This document shows positions 52,277 through 62,115 of a stretch of 64,000 nucleotides of DNA, in pieces. The DNA is from an uncultured Candidatus Saccharibacteria bacterium (GTDB lineage: Bacteria; Patescibacteriota; Minisyncoccia; Phycocordibacterales; UBA12088): positions 38,937-102,936 of the forward strand of contig CAZLUD010000001.1 in assembly GCA_964562615.1 (NCBI GenBank), written 5' to 3'. The stretch's first letter is position 1. Each line of letters begins with the position of its first letter. The notes beneath the pieces were generated by a model. The model saw only the letters and a list, made by a program, of their open reading frames with translations. It was not told the origin of the DNA and did not search any database. Both the position numbers and the translations under genes were made by a program.

Positions 52277-53548
52277 CTATAAGCGTATCACGTCTTTGCC
52301 CATGTAGGGACGAAGCACCTCAGGAATAACAATCGAGCCATCTTCTTGCTGATTGTTTTCAATGATTGAGATCAAAATACGTGGGGTAGCGATAGCCGTA
52401 TTATTGAGCGAGTGCGCAAAACGCATTTTTCCACTTTCATCTTTGTATCGAATATTCAATCGACGTGTCTGAAAATCATGGAAGTATGAAGCGCTGTGTG
52501 TCTCGCGATAAGTCTGCTCGCTTGGGACCCACGCTTCAATGTCGTACTTCTTTACCTGTCCAAGACCAATGTCTGCTCCACAGTTAAGCACCACGTGGTA
52601 TGGCACATTAAGAAGCTGTAGTAGTTTTTCAGAATTGCTGGTGAGCTCTTCATGAAAGGCAACTGATGTCTCGTGTGATGCCTCGCATAGTATGACTTGC
52701 TCAAACTTGAAGAATTCATGCACACGCATAATACCCTTGGTGTCTTTTCCGTGGCTTCCTGCTTCTCGTCTAAAACATGGTGAAAAAGCAAAGTACTTCA
52801 TCGGGAGTGATGCCCCATCGAGCACCTCATCCATAAAGTATCCCATCATCGAAACCTCTGCCGTTCCCGCTAGGTAGTCACCATCTTGTGTCTTATACAA
52901 ATCTTCTTCTGACTGTGGTAGATAGCCGGTGCCCAAAAATGGTTCGCGGCGTACCATACTAGGGACAATCATTGGCACATACTCTGGCTTTTGTTTAAGA
53001 AAATGATCCATCACAAATTGCCATACCGCAAAATTAAGCCGAGCGCCGTCACCCTTTAAAAAGTATCCTCTAAACCCAGCAACCTTTGTACCACGTTCAA
53101 GATCAAGCATGTTAAGCGCCAACATCAAGTCAACGTGACTCTTTGGGGTAAATGAAAATGTTGGAATAGTACCCCATGTTCGCACTTCTTTATTATCTTT
53201 ATCACTCTCACCATCTGGTACCGTCATGTCTGGTACGTTGGGTACCTGCACCATAAGCAGCTGCCACTCTTGCATTACCTGCTTCAATTTTTCTTCTTCT
53301 TTTTGTAGCTCATCCTTATGGACACGCATTTTACTAATGAGTATCTCTCTTTCGCTTGCATTTGCTGCCTTGGTAATGCCGTCTGATGCAGCGTTTTGCA
53401 TCGCTCGCAATTCATCCACCTTTTGCTGAAGTTGCTTTCGCTCGTCATCAAGAGACACAAGTCTATCCAAATCAACGGTGACGTGCTTTTTTCTTGCCGC
53501 ATCCTTTACTACGTCCAAATTTTCGCGAATGAATTTAATATCGAGCAT
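52277..53548 (-). CDS. serS: Seryl-tRNA synthetase
   Basis: N-terminal coiled-coil arm (MLDIKFIRENLDVV…) and a class II catalytic core (motif 2 FRREAGS, motif 3 GLGQ). Confidence 0.9.
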   Translation of the reverse strand: MLDIKFIRENLDVVKDAARKKHVTVDLDRLVSLDDERKQLQQKVDELRAMQNAASDGITKAANASEREILISKMRVHKDELQKEEEKLKQVMQEWQLLMVQVPNVPDMTVPDGESDKDNKEVRTWGTIPTFSFTPKSHVDLMLALNMLDLERGTKVAGFRGYFLKGDGARLNFAVWQFVMDHFLKQKPEYVPMIVPSMVRREPFLGTGYLPQSEEDLYKTQDGDYLAGTAEVSMMGYFMDEVLDGASLPMKYFAFSPCFRREAGSHGKDTKGIMRVHEFFKFEQVILCEASHETSVAFHEELTSNSEKLLQLLNVPYHVVLNCGADIGLGQVKKYDIEAWVPSEQTYRETHSASYFHDFQTRRLNIRYKDESGKMRFAHSLNNTAIATPRILISIIENNQQEDGSIVIPEVLRPYMGKDVIRL

Positions 53549-53654
53549 ACTAGTGATTATTTTCCCGTATATCCATAACGGTAGCAGTACACGGGAAAGA
53601 GGTCAAACACCTCTACCCTATTGCACGCGCAGGTACCTAGACTACAATAGTGAC

Positions 53655-54527
53655 ATGGACACAATATACACCTGTGCCACCGATACTACCTTTCCTCTTT
53701 TAGCTACCATTTCTGATGCACCAAAGTCCCTCTACGCAATCGGCACTCTCCCTCAAAAAGAATACAAGTACCTGTGTGTCGTAGGGACACGCTCTCCTAC
53801 TGCATATGGCGCTATGGTCGTAGAAAAGTTACTCGCAGGATTAACGCAGTATCCAATATGTATCGTCTCTGGACTTGCGCTTGGTATTGATGGCATTGCG
53901 CACGAACAAGCACTTGCGCTTGGTTTACCAACTATCGCGGTTCCAGGTTCAGGACTCCGCGAAGATGTGCTGTATCCACGTCGCCATCGAATCCTCGCAA
54001 AAAAAATCGTGAGTAGCGGTGGATTGTTACTCTCTGAGTTTGAACCTGATTTCACCGCACAAATGTGGAGCTTCCCAAAGCGCAACCGCATTATGGCGGG
54101 ACTCTCTCATGCAACACTTATAATAGAAGCAACTGAAAAATCCGGCACGCTTATTACTGCCCGATTAGCACTCGAGTACGGCAGAGAAGTCCTTGCGGTA
54201 CCTGGGTCAATATATAGCGCCACCTCGCAACTACCCCATGCCCTAATAAGAGACGGGGCAACACCAATTCGCACACCAGAGGATATCCTTGAAGCGCTAG
54301 GTATTAGCACATACGCTGATACCCCTCCTCAACCACGCATACTCTCGGCTGCTGAGCGGGCGGTACTCTCTATTATAAGTAGAGAGCCAATGGAACGAGA
54401 TGTGTTGTTGCGCGAATTGCGTATGCCACCCCATGAAGCCATTACCCTTTTTAGCGCAATGGAATTGCGCGGACTACTACACGAGCAAGGAGGGTATATG
54501 TATCCAAGCATCACGTACACACCGTAG
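53655..54527 (+). CDS. dprA: DNA-processing protein DprA (Smf)
   Basis: Rossmann-like DprA core (VVGTRSPTAYG…VSGLALGIDGIAHEQAL…TIAVPGSGL…EFEP) and a C-terminal winged-helix-like region. Start at MDTIYTC to avoid overlap with serS. Confidence 0.8.
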   Translation: MDTIYTCATDTTFPLLATISDAPKSLYAIGTLPQKEYKYLCVVGTRSPTAYGAMVVEKLLAGLTQYPICIVSGLALGIDGIAHEQALALGLPTIAVPGSGLREDVLYPRRHRILAKKIVSSGGLLLSEFEPDFTAQMWSFPKRNRIMAGLSHATLIIEATEKSGTLITARLALEYGREVLAVPGSIYSATSQLPHALIRDGATPIRTPEDILEALGISTYADTPPQPRILSAAERAVLSIISREPMERDVLLRELRMPPHEAITLFSAMELRGLLHEQGGYMYPSITYTP

Positions 54528-54661
54528 TGTTGCTGTACATAGTTGATACCATTAGTACAACACGTGCATTGGTTGTACACAGTGCTGTTATTTGCACTCT
54601 TTGTACTGCTGTGGTATTGATTGCCCTGCACGAGCGTGTAGAGAACAATACATAACTATCC

Positions 54662-57022
54662 ATGAAATTAATTATCGTTGAGTCGCCTGCAAAGGCAAAG
54701 ACAATTTCAAAATATGTATCTGCCATGCCAGAATTTAAAGACGAGCGTGTAGAAGTGCGCGCGTCTATTGGGCATGTACGTGACCTTCCTAAGAGCAATA
54801 AGCATGCTATTGACATAGAGGCGGGATTTGTTCCCCACTATGAAATTGCAAAGGGTAAAGACAAAGTGATTTCTGATCTCTCCGCACTTTCAAAAAAAGC
54901 AGACGGCATTATCCTCGCAACCGACCCGGACAGAGAGGGCGAGGCAATTGCGTGGCATTTATATGAGGCCCTATCGCTCCCAGCATCAAAAACCAAACGA
55001 GTTACCTTTAACGAAATTACCAAAGAGGCAATACAGGAGGCGATACGATCTCCTCGTGATATAGATCAAAATCTCAGAAAGGCGCAAGAGGCACGAAGGG
55101 TGCTTGATAGACTAGTGGGCTATGATCTTTCTGGTCTTATCTGGAAAAAAGTGCGGTACGGACTATCCGCAGGAAGAGTACAGTCTCCAGCACTGCGCAT
55201 CATCATGGAGCGTGAGCGTGAGATACGCGCATTTATCCCTGAAGACTATTTTGTTATTGAGGCAATACTCAAGGCTCATGAAGGTACTGAATTTACCGCT
55301 ATATGCTCAGAAGAGCCCAAAACAAGTGCTGAAGCTGATGACATACTCACCAAGGGTAACAACGGCGCCTGGTACGTAAAAGAAATAAAAGAGACAGACA
55401 CCGCCCGCTCACCAAAACCTCCCTTTACTACATCCACCCTGCAACAGGTGGCTAGTACCCGTCTTGGCTTTTCACCAAGCCGCACTATGGGTGCAGCGCA
55501 AAAGCTATATGAAGCGGGACATATTACCTATATGCGTACCGACTCACCTGCACTATCTACACAGGCACGCAATGCAATTAGTGAGTATGTGACGGATACC
55601 TTTGGAAAAAAGTACCACACAGGAAGAGAGTACAGTGCTAAATCAAAAAACGCTCAGGAAGCACACGAAGCAGTACGCCCGACTACCATATCAGTACGAA
55701 GCGCAGGTGATAACGAAGATCAAACACGTCTCTACGACCTTATATGGAAGCGTACCGTTGCTTCACAAATGACCGACGCACTTATGAAGAAAACCCGTCT
55801 TGCGGTTACTATTAGCAATCATACTATTCCAGATTTTGTTGTTAATGGTTCTAGAATTCTTTTTGATGGATGGATGATGGTTGATCCTGCGGCGCGTACC
55901 GAAGAAGTTGAAATACCGCCAGTAAAAGAAGGCGAGGCGCTATCCCTTATTGCTATACACAAAGAAGCAAAGCAAACACAGCCACCTGGTCGCTACTCAG
56001 AAGCGGGACTTATTAAAGAGCTTGAAAAGCGCGGTATCGGACGACCATCTACCTATGCCTCAATCATAAAGACACTTGGTGACCGAGGGTATGTCGAGAA
56101 GCAGGGTCGCACACTGTTACCCACCATTACCGGTGACGTGGTGTCCTCGTTTTTAGAAACACACTTCCCTACTTATATTAGCGATACCTTTACGGCAGAA
56201 ATGGAAGACGAGCTGGATGATATTGCCGATGGAAAACGCTCGTATGAAAAAACCCTCAAGGATTTTTATACCCCATTTACTAAAGAAGTATTGTCAAAAG
56301 CAGACATAGAAAAGCAGACATCATTAGGAAAGGCGCCTGAAGAATTTCCTTGCCCAAAGTGCGGCGCTGCTATGGAGTACAAACTTTCTAAGAATGGAAC
56401 ATTTATGAGTTGTACGAAATTTCCTGAATGTGACGGTGCCCGCACTGAAGCAGGAAAAGAAATTTCACTCAATGAACCAATTGGTATATACCCAGAAACC
56501 GGTGAGCCAATTTATCTTATGGAAGGAAGATTTGGTGCATACGTACAAGTTGGCGATGGTGCCAAAAAGGAGGGTAAGAAAAAGATAAAGCCAAAACGAG
56601 CAAGTGTACCAGCGGGGTATGACCTTGCAACAATCACTCTTGCCGATGCACTAAAGTTTTTGAGCTTGCCGCGAGTGCTTGGAAACCACCCAGAAACTGG
56701 TGAAGCAATATCTGCTAGTGTTGGTAAATTTGGACCATTTATAGTCCACCAAAGTGATTTTAGATCTCTAAAGGAGGACGATGTATACACCATAGAACTT
56801 CCCCGTGCTCTTGAAATATTAAGCGAGCCAAAGCAACGCCGAGGCGCAAAAATAGCTCGAGAAGTAGGCGCGCATCCAAAGACGGGTAAACAGATAAAAG
56901 TATTCACCTCAAAACAAGGGTACTTTCTTAAGCGCGGATTTACCAATGTGTATCTCCCTAAAGAGATTGATATTGAGGCACTCACCGTAGAGCAGGCTCT
57001 TGAATACCTCAAGAAAAAATAG
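54662..57022 (+). CDS. topA: DNA topoisomerase I
   Basis: TOPRIM (MKLIIVESPAKAKTI…), catalytic Tyr region (ITYMRTDS), C-terminal Zn-ribbon (CPKCGAAMEYKL…CTKFPECDG) and a basic tail. Confidence 0.9.
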   Translation: MKLIIVESPAKAKTISKYVSAMPEFKDERVEVRASIGHVRDLPKSNKHAIDIEAGFVPHYEIAKGKDKVISDLSALSKKADGIILATDPDREGEAIAWHLYEALSLPASKTKRVTFNEITKEAIQEAIRSPRDIDQNLRKAQEARRVLDRLVGYDLSGLIWKKVRYGLSAGRVQSPALRIIMEREREIRAFIPEDYFVIEAILKAHEGTEFTAICSEEPKTSAEADDILTKGNNGAWYVKEIKETDTARSPKPPFTTSTLQQVASTRLGFSPSRTMGAAQKLYEAGHITYMRTDSPALSTQARNAISEYVTDTFGKKYHTGREYSAKSKNAQEAHEAVRPTTISVRSAGDNEDQTRLYDLIWKRTVASQMTDALMKKTRLAVTISNHTIPDFVVNGSRILFDGWMMVDPAARTEEVEIPPVKEGEALSLIAIHKEAKQTQPPGRYSEAGLIKELEKRGIGRPSTYASIIKTLGDRGYVEKQGRTLLPTITGDVVSSFLETHFPTYISDTFTAEMEDELDDIADGKRSYEKTLKDFYTPFTKEVLSKADIEKQTSLGKAPEEFPCPKCGAAMEYKLSKNGTFMSCTKFPECDGARTEAGKEISLNEPIGIYPETGEPIYLMEGRFGAYVQVGDGAKKEGKKKIKPKRASVPAGYDLATITLADALKFLSLPRVLGNHPETGEAISASVGKFGPFIVHQSDFRSLKEDDVYTIELPRALEILSEPKQRRGAKIAREVGAHPKTGKQIKVFTSKQGYFLKRGFTNVYLPKEIDIEALTVEQALEYLKKK

Positions 57023-57173
57023 AGCACCCAAGACTTGCTTGGGCGCCACTACATGTTGATGCTATTTTTTATTTTTCTTTTCTACCTTCTCTAACCTTTC
57101 TCTTGCGTCTCTTTTCCTTATTTCTTTCTGCTTTTCTGGACAAGAAAGTCTATTTCCATCAACGTGAATATTT

Positions 57174-57201
57174 CCACACAACATGCATGTATGTTGTGGA
57201 T
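57174..57201 (+). promoter_or_regulatory. Imperfect hairpin (tccacacaacat/atgttgtgga) immediately upstream of the RelA/SpoT homolog start region
   Basis: Inverted repeat with one 2 nt bulge. Function unknown. Confidence 0.25.
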
Positions 57202-57271
57202 TTAGATGCAACACGTAGGTCAACACACTTCCTCCCATTGCCTTTACCGCACAAGACTATACAATCTTTAT

Positions 57272-58795
57272 ATGGAAATGCAATCATCTAAAGAACTTGT
57301 CACCCTCATGCACTCCCCAAGCAAGGAGGATATTGCCTTGGTTGAAAAGGCATACACCTTTGCCATGGATGCACACAAAGATCACAAGCGACTTAGCGGC
57401 GAGCCGTACTTTATCCACACCTACGCCACCGCAAAAAAGCTTGCAGAAATAGGCATGGGCGCACAAACCATTGCCGCAGGACTACTTCATGACACCATTG
57501 AAGACGTGGGGGTCTCTCCTGAGGATATTCGTCGTGAATTTGGTGATGAAATACTCTTTCTTGTAGATGGGGTAACCAAGCTAGGGAAGCTTAGGTACCA
57601 AGGACTAGAGCGACATGTTGAGTCACTCCGAAAATTGTTTGTGGCAACTAGCCAAGACGTTCGTATTCTTATCATCCGCCTCATGGATAGACTGCATAAT
57701 CTTGAGACACTTGAGCATGTGCGTGAAGACAAGCGCAAACGCATCGCGCTAGAGACACTAGAGATTTATGCCCCTATTGCAGACAGGCTTGGTATGGGCT
57801 TCCTCAAACGTTCACTTGAGGATCTGTCGTTTGCGTATGTATACCCTGAGGATTACAAAACCATCAGTGACCTTCTTAATGACAAGGAGAAGAAGATGGA
57901 GATGGCACTTAACGAAGTACAGCACACACTTAAGCGTGAGCTAGCAAAGGCGGGACTTCGTGATTTTCATACTAGCTCTCGAATCAAGGGTTTATATAGT
58001 CTATGGCGCAAGCTTGCTCGCAAAGACAATGATATCGAAAAGATTTTTGATATTGCCGCGATACGAGTAGTAGTTACCTCGATAGATGACTGTTATAGAG
58101 CGCTTGGTATCGTACATGCGCAATGGAGACCGCTTCCTGGTCGTATCAAAGACTTTATTGCATTTCCTAAACCTAATGGCTACCAATCACTCCATACGAC
58201 AATTTTTGCAGGTGATGGCTCTATCATTGAGGTACAAATCAGAACACCTGACATGCAAAAGGAGTCTGAGTGGGGTATTGCTAATCACCTCTCGTACAAA
58301 GAGCAAGGGAGAGGTGAGGGGCGCTTTTTGTGGGTGTGGCAAATGCTTCCAGGATTTGGAAAAAAGAAACTAGCAACACCAGCAGATACCACAAAGCCAA
58401 GTAGTGAGATACCCGAATGGATAGAAGAAATAGCACACGCGCAACGCTCTGTACTAGAGGGTGAGGAATTTTTAGATGAACTCAAGGGTGACTTTTTTAG
58501 TCATCGTGTATTTGTCTTTACGCCAAAGGGAGATGTGATTGATCTACCTATTGATTCTAGCCCAGTTGATTTTGCCTATACCATCCATTCAGACATTGGT
58601 GATCATCTCTCTGGTGCAAAGGTAAATGGCAAGCTTGTCTCGCTAGATACTAAACTAAAAAACGGCGACATCGTTGAAATTGAAACAAAAAAGTCAAACA
58701 AGCCATCAAAGAAATGGCTTGAACATGCAAAGACCTCAATTGCAAAGCGTCACATACGAAATGCGCTGGGGCTCACCCCTATCGTTAAAAAATAA
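57272..58795 (+). CDS. Short RelA/SpoT homolog (HD hydrolase + synthetase + TGS, ~510 aa, no ACT/C-terminal regulatory region)
   Basis: HD motif (AAGLLHDTIEDVG), synthetase domain (…GRIKDFIAFPKPNGYQSLHTTI…) and TGS (VFVFTPKGDVIDLP…GAKVNGKLVSL). Start taken at MEMQSS. Confidence 0.8.
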   Translation: MEMQSSKELVTLMHSPSKEDIALVEKAYTFAMDAHKDHKRLSGEPYFIHTYATAKKLAEIGMGAQTIAAGLLHDTIEDVGVSPEDIRREFGDEILFLVDGVTKLGKLRYQGLERHVESLRKLFVATSQDVRILIIRLMDRLHNLETLEHVREDKRKRIALETLEIYAPIADRLGMGFLKRSLEDLSFAYVYPEDYKTISDLLNDKEKKMEMALNEVQHTLKRELAKAGLRDFHTSSRIKGLYSLWRKLARKDNDIEKIFDIAAIRVVVTSIDDCYRALGIVHAQWRPLPGRIKDFIAFPKPNGYQSLHTTIFAGDGSIIEVQIRTPDMQKESEWGIANHLSYKEQGRGEGRFLWVWQMLPGFGKKKLATPADTTKPSSEIPEWIEEIAHAQRSVLEGEEFLDELKGDFFSHRVFVFTPKGDVIDLPIDSSPVDFAYTIHSDIGDHLSGAKVNGKLVSLDTKLKNGDIVEIETKKSNKPSKKWLEHAKTSIAKRHIRNALGLTPIVKK

Positions 58796-58799
58796 AAGA

Positions 58800-59780
58800 C
58801 TAGATAGAAAAATTTCGAACAGAGTATAGCTCACTCTCCTCTTCTTCTTTCTTTGGCATGTCATCTGTGTATAGTGACGCCTCTTCAGGAGCTGGTTCAA
58901 TACCGGTAGCCTCAGCAAGGGTTATAGCGGGCGCGCCTAATGAGTGCTGCAATCTATCAAGAATACTCTTGATGTCACTGGTGTCATAAAAGTCTATGGT
59001 GACTTTTCCTCCTTGATCTTTTGGCTGAATGGTTACTCTTGTGCCGAGTGTCTCGGTGAGTGTGCGCTCAAGCTCAAGCATATCTGGTGGGAGTGGCTTT
59101 TTTCGAGCTCTGTCTTCTGCGATACGCCGTGCTATACCCTCAGCTTCACGTACGGTAAGGCGCTTGAGTAACATTTCTTTATAGAGCGTTCGCTGCTCCT
59201 CAGGTCTATCCACTAACATCATAAGTGGTCTGGTAAGTCCTTCGGTTATCTCCCCTTTTGCAAGACTATCAAGCATGTCTTGTGGCAACATGAGCATACG
59301 TATGGTGTTTGATACGTACTCTCTACTTTTACCAAGCTTTTTACCAATCTCTGTGTGCTTGTATCCATACGTATCTACAAGCTGCTTAAAGGCGAGTGCT
59401 CTATCTACCGCATTGAGATCTTCTCGATGCAGGTTTTCTATGATAGCAAGCTCTAGCTTCATTTTGTCACTCTGCTCACCCGCGCGGATTATAACCGGCA
59501 ACAGGGTAAGCCCTGCGAGTTTTGATGCACGTAATCTACGCTCTCCTGCGATAAGCTCATATTCAACCGTGATACCTACATCAGGTTTTTCTATTTCTTT
59601 TCGAGTTACTACGAGTGGCTGAAGCAAACCGTACTGTCTGATAGAGTCTGCGAGCTCTCGCATTTTTGCTTCATCAAACTCTTTTCGAGGCTGAAATGGG
59701 TTTGGCTTTATCTTGTCTAATTCAACCCAAAAGATTGATTCATAGTATTGCCTATCTGATTTTGCTTCTTGTGCGCTCAT
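58800..59780 (-). CDS. parB: ParB/Spo0J-family partition protein (no adjacent parA in the window)
   Basis: ParB N-domain (IAGERRLRASKLAGL, GLLQPLVV), HTH region and C-terminal dimerisation region. Confidence 0.85.
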   Translation of the reverse strand: MSAQEAKSDRQYYESIFWVELDKIKPNPFQPRKEFDEAKMRELADSIRQYGLLQPLVVTRKEIEKPDVGITVEYELIAGERRLRASKLAGLTLLPVIIRAGEQSDKMKLELAIIENLHREDLNAVDRALAFKQLVDTYGYKHTEIGKKLGKSREYVSNTIRMLMLPQDMLDSLAKGEITEGLTRPLMMLVDRPEEQRTLYKEMLLKRLTVREAEGIARRIAEDRARKKPLPPDMLELERTLTETLGTRVTIQPKDQGGKVTIDFYDTSDIKSILDRLQHSLGAPAITLAEATGIEPAPEEASLYTDDMPKKEEEESELYSVRNFSI

Positions 59781-59845
59781 GCAAAACAGTATAGCAAATA
59801 TTGTTATAGTGGAAAAATTTCAAAAAACCGTTATAGTTTGACCAT

Positions 59846-59928
59846 GCTGGGGTGGCGGAATGGTAGACGCGATTGACTCAAAATCAATTGCCCGAAAGGG
59901 TGTGAGGGTTCAAGTCCCTCCTCCAGCA
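59846..59928 (+). tRNA. tRNA-Leu (anticodon CAA), type II with a long variable arm
   Basis: GCTGGGGTGGCGGAATGGTAGACGCGATTGACTCAAAATCAATTGCCCGAAAGGGTGTGAGGGTTCAAGTCCCTCCTCCAGCA. Anticodon loop CTCAAAA, long variable stem-loop, discriminator A. CCA not encoded. Confidence 0.85.
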
Positions 59929-59951
59929 CAAACGAGTGAAGCGAGTGTAGT

Positions 59952-60053
59952 ACTGGAGGAGAACAGTACCTTCGTACTGTTCGTAGGGACTTGCACCACA
60001 AGAGTATTTCCATTTTACTAACTCACTTTGTTCGTAAGTAAAATTGGTCATGA
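59952..60053 (+). repeat. Repeat unit R1 of a tRNA-Leu-associated repeat family (~100 nt)
   Basis: The core (gggacttgcaccacaagagtatttccattttactaactcactttgttcgtaagtaaaattggtcatgacc) aligns with R2 and R3. It carries the hairpin aacagtaccttcgtactgtt, which is also present with compensatory changes in R3. Confidence 0.6.
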
Positions 60054-60115
60054 CCGGAGCCTTATCGAGCGAATGCGAGATGGCGAGGTCCGACCTAATT
60101 TTTACGACCGTAGGG

Positions 60116-60147
60116 AGATAAAAATGGAAGTACCCTTGTGGCCGACC
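60116..60147 (-). repeat. Partial inverted copy (R4) of the repeat core (agataaaaatggaagtacccttgtggccgacc)
   Basis: Reverse complement matches the ccacaagggcatttccattttt core of R1/R2. Confidence 0.45.
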
Positions 60148-60186
60148 AGCGTTCTTATGAGCGAAGCGAATTAGCAAAAGCGTGTC

Positions 60187-60202
60187 AGTCCCTCCTCCAG
60201 CA
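60187..60202 (+). repeat. 16 nt exact direct repeat of the tRNA-Leu 3' end (agtccctcctccagca)
   Basis: Identical to 59913-59928 in the same orientation, 259 bp downstream of the tRNA. Confidence 0.6.
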
Positions 60203-60250
60203 CCATGAACAAAGGAGTCAGAAGCGGAGCTTTTGACGACTATTGTGAAT

Positions 60251-60330
60251 TGCTGGAGGAGGGACTTGTACCACAAGGGCATTTCCATTTTTCTAACTCG
60301 CGTTGCTCGTAAGTAAAATTGGTCATCGCC
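60251..60330 (+). repeat. Repeat unit R2; it begins with an inverted 18 nt copy of the tRNA-Leu 3' end (tgctggaggagggacttg)
   Basis: About 85% identical to R1 and R3 over ~70 nt; 37 nt identical to R3. Confidence 0.6.
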
Positions 60331-60497
60331 GTAGGCGGTCTACGATTTTGCGAAATGAAGTGAAGCAAAATTGTCGCCGAGCTGGGGTCGAGAGTGCTTA
60401 GTGGTTTAGAACGTAGTGAATAAACTACTTAGCAACTCGTGACCAAGTCCTCCAACACTCAAGAAATATAGCCAAAAATCTCAACAAGTATATTTAC

Positions 60498-60803
60498 TTA
60501 TTTTGATTTATTTTGATTTTCTTCTCGTGCCAGGCGCGTAGATAGATCAGCAAGTTCTTTTTGCGCTTGTGCTGCCTTTCTTTTGAAATCTTCTATTTGC
60601 TTTTTAATTGTTTCTGCCTCTTGATCCTTGCGCTCAAGTATTCTTTTCATTCTTTCTATGTCACCTTCCTTTCTTTTTATTTCTTCCTCATCCTTTTTAA
60701 TTTCAGCTTCTTTTTTTGTTAATTCTGAATTCAGTCTTTCTTCTTGCTTTTCAAGATTTTCTATCTCTCTTTCTGTTTGTTGTATTAATTGTTCTATGGC
60801 CAT
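60498..60803 (-). CDS. Small coiled-coil protein (101 aa, E/K-rich)
   Basis: ORF track; heptad-rich with no transmembrane helix. Flanked by the repeat family. Confidence 0.45.
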   Translation of the reverse strand: MAIEQLIQQTEREIENLEKQEERLNSELTKKEAEIKKDEEEIKRKEGDIERMKRILERKDQEAETIKKQIEDFKRKAAQAQKELADLSTRLAREENQNKSK

Positions 60804-60873
60804 AGGTATATTGGTCTAAGTGTATATTTAATAGTATACAAGCATTGCCTAAGAAGAAAAGTATGGAATACTC

Positions 60874-61773
60874 ATGTCAATGAGTAAGCAAAAAGCAATT
60901 GCCGTAGTGGGTCCAACTGCCTCAGGTAAAAGTGCCCTAGCTATAACCCTTGCAAAAGAGATACACGGAGAAGTTATCTCTGCTGATTCACGTCAGGTAT
61001 ATGAAGGATTTGATACCACCACCGCAAAGGTGACGCCGGAAGAAATGTTAGGTATTCCTCATCACTTACTAGATATTGCCCCTATTGAAAGAGAGTACAC
61101 CGTCGCAGACTTTGTACACGATGGAAAGGCGGCAATTACTAGTATCGCCGCAAAAGGTGCTATTCCTATTATTGCAGGTGGTACTGGATTTTATATAGAT
61201 GCACTGCTGTTTGGACAATCTTTACCCCAAGTACCACCAAACCAAGTGCTTCGTGCATCACTTACTACAATGACCACCGATACCCTTTTTGCCATGCTAC
61301 AAGCAAAGGATCCTCACAGAGCCGCTACAATTGAACAACAAAATAAGCAGCGCCTCATCAGAGCTCTTGAAATAGTAGACACACTTGGAGTAGTGCCTCC
61401 TCAAGCAACTATGAGCGACGCACCGTACGACACGCTATGGATAGGTATCCTGTGGCAGCGAGATGAGTTAATCCAGCGAATACACGAAAGGGTTTTACAC
61501 CGTGTAGATAATATGATTACAGAAATCAGCAATGAGAGGAATCGCCTCACCCCTCAAATTGCCTCACGTCTTGGCTTTGATTTTACCCTCACCCTTTCAT
61601 ACGTAGAGGGCGCAATGACAAAAGACGCACTTATAGATGCTCTTACACAAAAGGATGCTGCCTATGCCCGCAGACAGATGACGTGGTTTAAACGAAACAA
61701 GCAAATCACCTGGCTTTCGCCAGAAACACTTCCATCGTCTGCCATTGATCTTGCGCGGCGATTTCTTGCGTAG
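60874..61773 (+). CDS. miaA: tRNA dimethylallyltransferase
   Basis: AIAVVGPTASGKSALAITLA P-loop, SADSRQVY, and IAGGTGFY. Confidence 0.9.
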   Translation: MSMSKQKAIAVVGPTASGKSALAITLAKEIHGEVISADSRQVYEGFDTTTAKVTPEEMLGIPHHLLDIAPIEREYTVADFVHDGKAAITSIAAKGAIPIIAGGTGFYIDALLFGQSLPQVPPNQVLRASLTTMTTDTLFAMLQAKDPHRAATIEQQNKQRLIRALEIVDTLGVVPPQATMSDAPYDTLWIGILWQRDELIQRIHERVLHRVDNMITEISNERNRLTPQIASRLGFDFTLTLSYVEGAMTKDALIDALTQKDAAYARRQMTWFKRNKQITWLSPETLPSSAIDLARRFLA

Positions 61774-61800
61774 CTCGGCTAAAGAGTATCGTATTAACAC

Positions 61801-61821
61801 GACGATAGTAATTCTATCGTC
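61801..61821 (+). terminator. 8 bp hairpin gacgatag/ctatcgtc just after the miaA stop
   Basis: Inverted repeat read from the sequence; no T-tract, so confidence is low. Confidence 0.25.
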
Positions 61822-62002
61822 ACTGAAGCTTTGGCATGGCAAAGCTCAGCATATGCGATATCTGTGGCGGGCATTGCCACGCCGTTGCGTATGCGAAGGC
61901 GGGCCCACTCCGATTGGCGTCAGCTCACTAAGCACGTTGTGCTAAGTGGCTCCTGCCCGACCTCGCCTGTCGTGCTCGCTATGCTCCGCGCGACATGGCT
62001 CC

Positions 62003-62115
62003 GGTGCTGACCAATTTTTGTTACGAGCACTGCGAGTTAGAAAAATGGAAATGCCCTTGTGGTACGAGTCGGAACAAACAGCACGAAGGTGCTGTTTTGT
62101 GTTCCCTTCACTCGC
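62003..62115 (-). repeat. Repeat unit R3 (inverted orientation relative to R1/R2)
   Basis: Reverse complement aligns with the R1/R2 core. It contains the hairpin aacagcaccttcgtgctgtt, covarying with the R1 hairpin. Confidence 0.6.

Noticed and set aside
59831-60288. ORFs 59831..60013(-) and 59884..60288(-) (MEMPLWYKS…/MEILLWCKS…), and 61946..62195(+) ORFs
   Set aside because: They are created by the R-repeat copies and overlap tRNA-Leu. The similarity between them reflects repeat DNA, and there are no RBS or protein-like features. They are noted only as a possible conserved short frame within the repeats.
59929-60330. CRISPR array interpretation of the repeats near tRNA-Leu
   Set aside because: Units are ~70-110 nt, imperfect, in mixed orientation and irregularly spaced. 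There are no cas genes and no regular repeat-spacer periodicity.
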